20,000 nt of DNA. Source: Chiloscyllium plagiosum (lineage: Eukaryota). The stretch's first letter is position 1; each line of letters opens with the position of its first letter. The notes under the pieces were generated by a model that had not been told where the DNA came from, did not search any database, and saw nothing but the letters and a program-made list of their open reading frames with translations. This document shows, piece after piece, positions 10,861 to 20,000 of the stretch. The stretch is from contig NC_057754.1 in assembly GCF_004010195.1 (NCBI RefSeq), positions 9,794,437 to 9,814,436 of the forward strand, read 5' to 3'. The position numbers and the translations under genes were made by a program.

Positions 10861-11400
10861 CCGGAGATGTGTTGCTGGAAAAGCGCAGCAGGTCAGGCAG
10901 CATCCAGGGAACAGGAGAATCGACGTTTCGGGCATAAGCCCTTCTTCAGGAATGAGGAAAGTTTGTCCAGCAGGCTAAGATAAAAGGTAGGGAGGAGGGA
11001 CTTGGGGGAGGGGCGTCAGAAATGTGATAGGTGGAAAGAGGTCAAAGTGAGGGTGATAGGTCAGACTGGGGTGGGGGCAGAGAGGTCAGGAAGAAGATTG
11101 CAGGTTAGGAAGGCAGTGCTGAGTTCGATGGATTTGACTGAGACAAGGTGGGGGGAGGGAGAATGAGGAAACTGGTGAAATCCGAGTTCATCCCTGGTGG
11201 TTGGAGGGCTCCTAGGCGGAAGATAAGGCGTTCTTCCTCCAACCGTCGTTTCGCTGTGGTCTGACGATGGAGGAGTCCAAAAACCTGCATATCCTTGGTG
11301 GAGTGGGAGGAGAAGTTGAAGTGTTGAGCCACAGGGTGGTGGGGTTGGTTGGTCCGGGTGTCCCAGAGGTGTTCTCTGAAACGCTCCGCAAGTAGCCGGC
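10861..11400 (-). mobile_element. Penelope-like element 3' end: C-terminal part of the GIY-YIG endonuclease and pseudo-LTR
   Basis: LAERFREHLWDTRTNQPHHPVAQHFN..RRLEEERLIFRLGALQPPGMNSDF, then a pyrimidine-rich UTR and the terminal GATGCTGCCTGACCTGCTGCGCTTTTCCAGC. Confidence 0.9.
10918..10954 (-). ncRNA. Minimal type I hammerhead ribozyme motif in the Penelope pseudo-LTR
   Basis: Minus strand reads CAUUC-CUGAAGA-A-GGGC-UUAU-GCCC-GAAA-C-GUC-GAUU: CUGANGA and GAAA cores, a 4-bp stem II, a GUC triplet and a weak stem I. Confidence 0.75.
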
Positions 11401-12307
11401 AAGTAGTAGGTGTAATGAGAGGTTGACTACCTACACCTCTCCCTCTTAACAGGAAGCCACATACTGCAGTCATAATTCCAGGAATATAGGTTAACATACA
11501 GTGAATGTGGTAGTTCTTCAATTCATTAATGGCATAACCTACAAGTCATAACACTACTGCAGTGCATACAAAGTCAATGAAAGAATAATCATGGAACACA
11601 ACCTCAGAACTTAAACTCCTGCCATGAATTGGAGGAGAGTCACAGGAGCTCCAATGATAGTCAGCAGGTGCTGACGTATTCACTTCATCATGTCACTCAA
11701 AATTGACTATTTTCTCGACTGTACTGATTGGGATAAAGGAGAAAGACTTTACTGGAACTCGTCATCTCACGCTGATCAATTTTTCAGCTTTATAAAGGCC
11801 ACTAAATGCATTAGTGAGAACTGTAAATGAAACACCAGAGAAAATAAAGAAGGAATCAAGAACAGAAACTACCGTCCCATTTACATCCTACTCAGTAACT
11901 TTCAGCATACATAATTAACATTGTGATCTATTGGAAACACTTGCCGCAAACTGAACTGCAAGCATGTTTTAAAATGAAAATAGAGGGTGGGCAATGATAC
12001 CACTCGAGTAGGGGAGGATTGTTTTGGGAGAGGGCTGGTCTGCATAGTGTATGTCAAAACTATGGCATTCTGCAAAGACTGTGTGTGGGGCTGTGACTGT
12101 GAGAGCAGTTCAATACATTTGGGCGTTCGGCTCTTGCAACTGCAGAAATGTAAATCCCCCAGGAAGATGTTTGGTCTTCATATGTGCTAAATTAAAGATC
12201 AAAATTGCGTATCAAAGGCCATCTTGATAGCTGACAATTCAAGTCAGGGAAATACCATCTCGAGTATGGAAAACAATAGCTCTGTAAAATCTGGGAAGGT
12301 AAATAAC

Positions 12308-12622
12308 CCAGCTTTACCGCATACCAGATTCAACACTGAGTCAACAATTTCACATCATAACCTCTGGTCCCCTAACATTTTTTTGTCAGTCTGTTTGTTT
12401 CAGTTCTCATTGGTAATGATTCTGCATTTCCCATTGACATCTCTCAGTACACCATTATCTCTTTACTTGCTCCCATGACCATCCCCTTGCATTCTACCAT
12501 CATCTCTATATTGTCTTCTGTCTTTTACCCAATCATAGACCTTCCCCATCCAATTTCCATCATTTCTCAGCTAATGTACTTGCTTAAATCCTGTTGCATC
12601 TCTAATTTTCCCAGTGTTAAAG
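12308..12622 (+). mobile_element. Highly decayed 3' end of an older Penelope-like family
   Basis: ttcaacactgagtcaacaatttcacatcataa resembles the GLNIEFNNFR* C-terminus. It is followed by a pyrimidine-rich UTR and tgtacttgcttaaatcctgttgcatctctaattttcccagt. Recognised from memory of shark repeats, not from a search. Confidence 0.5.
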
Positions 12623-12624
12623 AT

Positions 12625-12889
12625 GTGGAAGGGTACTGGTTGGTATGGCGGGAAAGGAAGAAGCGGAGGGCTTTGAGTCCTTTGTGATGGGGGATGGAGG
12701 TGTACAGGGACTGGATGTCCATGGTGAAAATAAGGCTTTGGGGACCGGGGAAGCGAAAATCATGGAGCAGGTGGAGGGCATGGGTGGTGTCCCGAACATA
12801 GGTGGGAAGTTCTTGGACTAAGGGGGACAGGACGGTGTCAAGGTACGCAGAGATGAGTTCGGTGGGGCAGGAGCAGGCGGAGACAATGG
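12625..12889 (-). mobile_element. Penelope-like reverse transcriptase fragment
   Basis: IVSACSCPTELISAYLDTVLSPLVQELPTYVRDT..IFTMDIQSLYTSIPH (PLE RT motif 3 region); open frame throughout. Confidence 0.92.
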
Positions 12890-15814
12890 AAGATACAGGA
12901 TACATTTTAAGGTTGGACTTAGCTCACTGAATGTTTTCCCTAAGCTTTTGATGCTCTCATGAAAATAATCCTCATTTGTCCAAACTCTCTTTATAGCTAA
13001 TACACTCCAAATCCAGGCAACATTCTGGTAAACCTCTTTAAACTCTTCTCCAAAGACGCCACAATCTTCCTATAGTGTGGTGACCAGCTTTCACACATAT
13101 TCCTTATGTGGCCTATCTAAAGTTTTATTCAGCTGCAACATGACTTGCCAACTTTGATACTCAACCAATGAAGGCAAGCATTCCATATGCATTCTTTGAC
13201 ACCTTAGCCTCCTGTGTCATCCCTTTCAGGGAGCTATGATCTTGCACCCCAAGATACAGTTGGATATAAATGCTTCTAAGGGCCCTTCTATTTACTGTAA
13301 GGCTTTACTCTTGCACTTGACCTCCCAAAACGTATCATCGCACATTTGTCCAGATTAAACTCATCTGCCATTTCTCTGCCAAACTTTCCAACTGATCTAT
13401 GTCCTGCTATATCTTTTGACAACGTTCCTCACCAATTTTCATGTCGTCTGCAAACTTGCTAATCATACTTGCATTTTCATCCAAATCATCTGTATATATT
13501 ACAAACAAAAGAGGTCTCAGTACTGATCTTTGCTGAGCACCACTGGTCACAGACGTCCGGTAAGAAGAAAAACATCCCTCCACAATTACCCACTGTTTTC
13601 TATGGCCAACTAAATTTTGTGTTCAACTTAGCAACTCACCATGAATCCAATGTGCTTAATCTTCTAGATATGCTGACCATGACAAATCTTGTTATGTGCT
13701 TTAGTAAAATCTATGTAGATAACACCCACTCTACCCTCATCAATCACCTTCGTCACTTCTTCAAAAATCTCAATCAAATTTGTGAGACAAGACCTCACCC
13801 ACATAAAGCCATGCTGACTATCTTTAATAAATTCATTATTTTCTGAAATCCAAGTAAATTCTATTCCTAAGGATCATCTCCAATAATTCATGGTCTATAA
13901 TCTCCTGAATTATACCTCTTGCTTGTCTTGATCTAAGGAACGACATTGGCTATTCTCCAGTTTTTTTGGGACCTCACCTGTGGCTAAAGAAGATACAAAC
14001 ATCTCTGTCAAGGCCTGGCAATCTCCTCGTTTTCCTCCCTCAGTATCCTGGGATAGATCACATCTGGCCCTGGGGACTTATCTACCTTACTGTTTTTCAA
14101 GACACCTAACCCCTCCTCCTTCTTAATATCAGCATGCCCTAGAATGACAACATACACCTCCCTAATCTTACCATCATCCATGTCATTCTCCATGGTGAAT
14201 ATTGATGTGATTGAGGACTTCACTTCCTTCCTCTGGCTCTATGAATAAGTTTCCTCCTTTGCCCTACAGTTGAGCTACACTTTGTCAAGCTAACCTCTTG
14301 CTCCTAATATATGTATGAAATGCCTCCTTCATTCAACTTGCTCAGAATATTTCATGGACCCTTTTAGTCTTTCTAATTCCTTGTTGAGGTTCTTTCTAAT
14401 CCTTTTATATTCCTTAAGGACCTTGTCTTATTTGACTTTCCTAAACATTATTTTTCTTTTTGATTACTCTTTCAAGATGTCTTGTCATCAAGGTTCCCGG
14501 ATCTTCCATTATTACCTTTCATCGTCACAGGAACATGCTGGTCCTGAATTCTGATCAACTTCCCAACTGTCAGATATGAATTTGCCCTCAAACAGCCGCT
14601 TCCAATCAAATTTCTCCAGCTCCTACCTAATACTGTTGTGATTAGCCTTCCTCAGTTTAGCACTTTCAACTGTCTTAAAACTTACAGAATTATCATCACT
14701 GTTCCTAAAATGTGCCTCAACTGTAACTTCAATAATCTGGTCAGACTCTTTCTATAATACTCGATCTAATATGACCCCTTCCCTCACTAGAATATATACA
14801 CATTGTTTCATAAAACCCTCCTGTATGCACCAAACTAATTCTGTCCCTTTTATGCCCAAAGAAATAAGGGAGTCCCAGGCAGTATTGGGGAAGATAAAAT
14901 CACCCACTGCAATAAGCCTGTTGATTTTACATCTTTCCATAATCTGCATACATATTTGTTGCTCTATGTCCTGCTGCCTTTTGGGAATCCGATAGTATAC
15001 CCTGATCATAGTTATTGAATTTTCCTCATTCCTGAGTTCTACTCATATATTCAAGCTGGACGAGAACTCCAAGATGTTCTCTCTTAATGCAGTTGTGATA
15101 TTCTTCATAATCAGTAAAGCAACTCCCCCACACCCTTTTTAATTCGTCTGCTGTCAGGAGGGTATAAACTAGTGTGGCAAGGAAATGGGAACCACAGCAG
15201 GAGGTAAGCATGTGGAGTGATTGAGGAGAAGGGTGACATTAAATCAAGCAGGAAGAACAAGCAGGACCAGGTTAATAAAAATGGAGGAGCTGACAGTCTG
15301 AACTGTATTTCTATGCAAAAAGTATAATAATGGGTAGGGCAAATGAGCTGACAGCCTTTATTGTTACATTGAAGTACCATGTTGTAGCCATTACAGAAAC
15401 TTAATTGAGGGAAGATCAAGGCTAGCATCTCAACTTTCCAGGGTTTAAGATGTTTCAGGATTCTTTGCCAACTTAGCCTTCTGTGATCCTGGGTGGCAAT
15501 AGCAAACCTCCCTGCTAAGAACTGGGATGATCCTCCAATTTAGTTGCAATCGGCCTTTCCTGTACAGGTCCATCCTGCCCAGGAGGATATCCCCATGATC
15601 CTGATATTAGTAGCCCTCCCTTCTGTGCCAACTCTTCAGCAATGCATTCAACTGTATTCTCTTTCTATTTCTGGCCTCACATGCAAGCAGCATGGGGACT
15701 AATCCCAAGGTTGAACCCGAAAGGTTCTGCTTTTCAAAATACTACCTGCTTTTCAAAATACTACCTCATTTCCCTTTGCTTCTCTCAGTCTGCCTATTTT
15801 GTTAATACTAATAT

Positions 15815-16339
15815 TTTATTTTTAGACACTCATGGGATGAGGGCATCTCTGGCTAGGCCAGTATTTATAGCCCATCCCTAATTGCCCAGAGGACAGTTAA
15901 GAGTCAACCACATTGTTATGTGTCTGGAGTCTCATAAAGGCTAGACCAGGTAAGGGTAACAGATTTCCTTCCCTAAAGGACATTAGTGGATGGATTTTTC
16001 TGACAATCGACAATGGTTTCAATGTAATCATTAGACACTTAATTCCAGATAATTTATTGAATTCAAATTCCACATCTGTCAAGCCAGGTCCCTGGAGCAT
16101 AAACTGAGTTTCTGGATTAATAGTCAAGTCAGAAAACATCTGAGGAGCAGGAAAATCGATATTTCGTGCAAAAGTCCTTCATCTTTTGCCCCAAAAAGTC
16201 GATTTTCCTACTGCTTGACCTGCTGTGCTTTTCCAGCGCCACTCTAATCTTGACTCTAATCTCCAGCTTCTGTTGTACTTATTTTCACCTTTCTGGATTA
16301 ATAGTCTAGTGACAGTACCGCTAAGGCTATTGCTTCCCC
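15815..16339 (-). mobile_element. tRNA-headed SINE inserted in CR1 ORF1, itself interrupted at 16130-16289
   Basis: Minus-strand head GGGGAAGCAATAGCCTTAGCGGT (A-box-like); body cactaatgtcctttagggaaggaaatctg..gactccagac..gttgactcttaactg; tail tagggatgggctataaatactggcc followed by an A-rich end. The CR1 ORF1 text (QPEVV / ISINKIG) resumes on both sides. Confidence 0.8.
16130..16289. mobile_element. Penelope pseudo-LTR fold-back fragment with a long TSD
   Basis: Similar to 10870-10950 in both orientations. Flanked by TTTCTGGATTAATAGTC at 16109-16125 and 16290-16306 (21 bp with one mismatch). Confidence 0.85.
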
Positions 16340-17348
16340 ACAACCTCTGGCTGCTCATCCTCCTCTTTCAGAATGTCCTGTCCCAGTGAAAGACATCACT
16401 GACCCTGGCACGAAGGAAGCAACACATCATCCTGGAGTCTCACTTGTAGCCACAGAAAGGCCTACCTACACCCCAGACAATACAGACCCTGAGCACTCCC
16501 ACTCACCAATACCTTGACCCTCCCTGTTGTACAACAGAGGCAAGTGCCAGTTGCCAGTGATTTAGCTGCTGCGGTTGCTTTCCCCTGAGAGGCTGTCCCA
16601 CTCCCAACACTATCTGAAATGGTAAATTGCTTTGAGAGGGGGTTGGTCCAAGGGGGCTCCTGTTCTGCCTGTTACTCAGCTTCCTGCTCGTCATCCAATA
16701 CTTTTCTGCCTGTGTAGCCCCGACCTGTGGTGCACTAAATGTGTTATCCATAAGGTCCTCAATATCGCCGATGCTCTAAAGTCAGTCCATCCGTAACTCC
16801 AGCTGCAGCAGTTAAATATAAGTGCTCCAGATTTCGACATATTGCAGAAGAAGCACTCCACTGGGCAGGGTTCCCCTGCCACTGTGAACCTTAGCAACTA
16901 CAAATAATCAACGAGGAACTACTTTCACAACCTTACCCACTACTCACCAAATCAGATTTCTCAACCTCACTCTCTATCCCTCCAAACCACAAAAGAAGGA
17001 TTTTACACTCCATCTCCCTTGTGGTACTGCTCACTTCCTCTCTGAATCTGGTTCCCAAGTAGCCAATACCACACAACACCTTGCTTCACAGTGTCACACT
17101 GGAGCTCCTCCCACTCCTGCATTCAGCCCCACCACTGCTTTTCGCCCCTGATTCACTCTGCTCTCCTCCTGCTGCCATGGCTGCTCCATCTGAGCTCATT
17201 TCGGGTCCTACATTCCTTGTTTTTGTTGGTGGAACTGTCAGTGAGATTGAAGGTTGAACGGCTGAGTATTTTGAAGTGAAGAAAAAGAAAATGTTCAGCT
17301 GTTTGCTATTGAGAACCTGCCTGGAAGACAATGCAACTTAATTCCTGA

Positions 17349-18093
17349 TGTTATGACATGGAGTAAACCCCTCTGCTAACTTAAACCCGACACACAGAGA
17401 AGCTCACCTTGCACGTAATCTGTTAAATTTTGAGAGGCAAAGAACTATCCCAGAATTCACTACTTAAAGTAAAAATTGACAATTTTATTCTTTAAGTCAA
17501 ACAGAGAACATTAGAACCACTATTTTCATTCCTTTATTTTAAACTGATCTTTTACCTCCCACTGAACAATACTGGCCTGATTAAAAGAAACTCGACCAAT
17601 ATTTACAAAAAAAAACCCCATGTTTCAAAGCCAGCCAAGCTTTGTCGATTCTCCTTTGTAGATTTTCCTCTGTAGATTTTTCTCCAGGTTGGCTTCGATG
17701 TTCTGCTGCACAAATTTCTTATGGACAGGTACCTTTCAGAGAGCTATTTGGCTAGCAGCCTATACTTATTGGTTTGCTTGGCAGATCTCCCCAAAGCTGT
17801 CAAAATATCCGGTTTTATACCTCAAACATCGGATCATTTCATTGGTTTGATGGCATCAAATGTCATCAAAACATTTAATGCAAATTTGGTTGGATTTTGG
17901 TCTCTGGGGCATAATTTAAGCTGATTGGCTGAATTTGAATTTGTTTTTGTTCCACGGCAACACAGCTCTACTCATTTAGTTTCAACCAAATGTTACATTT
18001 TTAAATTGTTCAGTACACACTGTGCTTCCAATCAGTCCTTCCTAGCTCCCTCTCTCTCTTAAAGGTATGGTACACCTCTACAACTTCATAACA
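17349..18093 (-). mobile_element. Solo LTR (745 bp), Gypsy/ERV-type
   Basis: Termini TGTTATGA...TCATAACA. 4-bp TSD CTGA at 17345-17348 and 18094-18097. Minus-strand CCAAT (17924-17928, 17841-17845), TATAAAA (17813-17819) and AATAAA (17484-17489) are in the expected order. Confidence 0.87.
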
Positions 18094-18189
18094 CTGATCT
18101 AAGAAACACCGTGGTTGACCAGGCACCGAGTGTTGCTATACTAAGGGCTGACAGATGTTTGGATGTTGATCAATCAAAAGTGGACTGAT

Positions 18190-19375
18190 ACATAGAACAT
18201 AAAATATTACAGTGTGGAACCAACCTGAAGCCCATCTAACCTACACTATTCCGTTTTCATTCATATGTTTATTCAACGATCATTTAAATGCCCTTAAAGT
18301 TGGTGAGTCCACTACTGTTGCAGGCAGTGCGTTCCAAGCCCCTACTACTCTAAGTAAAGAAACTGTCTCTGACATCTGTTCTCTATCTGTCACCCCTCAA
18401 TTTAAAGCTATGTCCCCTCATGCTAGCCATCACCATCCGAGGAAAAAGGCTCTCACTGTCCACCCATCTAACCCTCTGATTATCTTATGTCTCTCAATTA
18501 AGTCACCTCTCAACCATTTTCTCTCTAACAAAAACAGCCTCAAGTTCCTCAGCCTTTCCTCATAACACCTCCCTTCCATACCAGGCAACATTTTAGTAAA
18601 TCTCTTCTGAACCCTTTCTAAAGCTTCCACATCTTACCGATGAGGCGGTGACCAGAATTCTACGCAATACTCCAAGTGTGGCCGCACCAGAATTTTGTAC
18701 ATCTGCAGCATGACCTCATGGCTCCAAAACTCATTTCCTCTACCAATAAAAGCTAACACACAGTGTACCTTCTTAACCCTATCAACCTGAGTGACAACTT
18801 TCAGGGATCTATGTGCATGGTCACCGAGATCTCTCTCTTAATCTACATTACCAAGAATCCTACCATTATCCAGTGCTCTGCATTCCTGTTACTCCTTCCA
18901 AAGTGAATCACCTCACATATTTCCACATTAAACATCATTTGCCACCTCTCAGCCCAGCTCTGCAGCTTATCTATGTCCTTCTGTAACCTACACCATCCTT
19001 TGGCACTATCCACAACTCCACTGATCTTAGTGTCATCCGCAAATTTATGAACCCATCCTTCTATGCCCTCATCCAGGTCATTTATAAAAATGACAAACAG
19101 CAGTGGCCCCAAAACACCACTAGTAACTGAACTCCAGAATGAATATTTCCATCAACCACCACCCCGTCTTCTTTCAGCTAGCCAATTTCTTATCCGAAAC
19201 ACTAAATCATCCTCAATCCCATGCTTCTGTATTGTATGCAATAGCCTACTGTGGGGAGCCTTATCAAATGCCTTAGTAAATATATACCACATCAACAACT
19301 TTACCCTCATCCATCTGTTTGGTCACCTTCTCAAAGAACTCAATCGGGTTTGTGAGGCACAACCTACCCTTCAAA
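18190..19375 (-). mobile_element. 5'-truncated CR1 LINE (RT C-terminal half plus 3' UTR)
   Basis: GPLLFVIFINDLDEGIEGWVHKFADDTKI..WAERWQM; ALERVQKRFTKMLPGM..LRGDLIE. Tail TATGTTCTATGT. Confidence 0.95.
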
Positions 19376-19838
19376 ACAATGTAAACCATGTGATGTGAAC
19401 CAGCCAACCACAGAGAACATTAGTTGAAAGGAAATAAGATAAAACCGGTTCTGACTGGTCGTGGCAAGTGCCTGAGTAATTTTGGAAGTTTTAGGACTGG
19501 CTTTTTAAAAGAACTCTGTCTGGGTTTCCAGCTGATCATCGAATTGTTGAATATTCTGTGAAAAGAAATAAATAAATATTTCTGGAAGTCCACCAAAACT
19601 GTTTGCATTCACTGGTGACTTCATTGTTTGATATACTGTAATGTGCCTGTCAATAATTCATTCTCCAAGGATTGCAAGAAATCTTGGCATCCATCTTTTG
19701 AAACTGTTTAATTGTACCAGCAAATTACAATTCATTTATTTTCTTTTTAATTCATCCCTTAACTGTGTCTGTCTGTGTGTGAGAGTGGGGGATATGATTA
19801 AAGAAGATTGGGTTGAAATCTCAGATATTAATTTACAC

Positions 19839-20000
19839 CTTTACACCGCGGAGGCTAAACACCAGCTCGTGGACACCTCCTCCTATTGCCCCCTTGACCA
19901 TGACCCCACCTCCCACCACCAAACCATCATCTCCCAGACCATCCAGAACCTCATCACCTCAGGGGATCTCCCATCCACCTCCTCCAACCTCATAGTCCCA
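19839..20000 (+). mobile_element. Penelope-like RT fragment, 5'-truncated, running off the window
   Basis: The frame starting at 19839 reads LYTAEAKHQLVDTSSYCPLDHDPTSHHQTIISQTIQNLITSGDLPSTSSNLIVP, typical of the region just upstream of the PLE RT core. C-rich composition matches 12625-12889. Confidence 0.85.

Larger units (their letters stand above)
12955..16900 (-). mobile_element. Old near full-length CR1 LINE: ORF1 (Cys-rich N-terminus plus SGNH esterase) and ORF2 (APE plus RT), heavily mutated; 5' UTR may extend to ~17210
   Basis: ORF1: PVECFFCNM (~16830-16870), RPFCG..DSRMMCC..ARV (~16400-16465), ARNRKRIQLNA..DLYRK (~15555-15680). ORF2: RVYYR..IAVGDFIFP (14752-15009), VDKSPGPDVIYPRILRE (14008-14223), KFADD (~13442-13457). 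Confidence 0.88.

Noticed and set aside
11690..11830. 46-aa small ORF MSLKIDYFLDCTDWDKGERLYWNS.. in the Penelope-enclosed segment
   Set aside because: The length is expected by chance and no family is recognised; tblastn conservation would be needed.
15727..15766. 19-bp tandem duplication CTGCTTTTCAAAATACTAC x2
   Set aside because: An ordinary slippage duplication within a dead CR1.
17086..17331. ORF with MAAGGEQSESGAKSSGG resembling a protein N-terminus
   Set aside because: Low complexity, and located where the CR1 5' UTR is expected; ends in a stop with no supported exon structure.
19380..19838. Possible further LTR remnant (AATAAA at ~19567, TG-rich stretch)
   Set aside because: No TG..CA termini or TSD could be defined.

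Overview
Repeat-dominated vertebrate genomic DNA, most likely an elasmobranch (shark); this is inferred from the style of the CR1, Penelope and SINE families. No host protein-coding exon could be supported, and the recognisable long ORFs are retroelement fragments. From left to right: a CpG-rich promoter-like segment with two ZNF143/Staf sites and an NRF1 core; a decayed CR1 LINE; a SINE; a solo LTR with TSD; a ~4.5 kb 34-bp minisatellite with higher-order duplications, split by a CR1; a direct-repeat-bounded Penelope cassette carrying a minimal hammerhead ribozyme and ~1.2 kb of unrelated DNA; a near full-length old CR1 (esterase ORF1 plus ORF2) with an internal inversion and a nested SINE/Penelope hairpin; a second solo LTR; another CR1; and the start of a Penelope RT fragment. 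I cannot demonstrate a novel system. The best leads are the Penelope cassette with its ribozyme and the SOX/nuclear-receptor-motif minisatellite.
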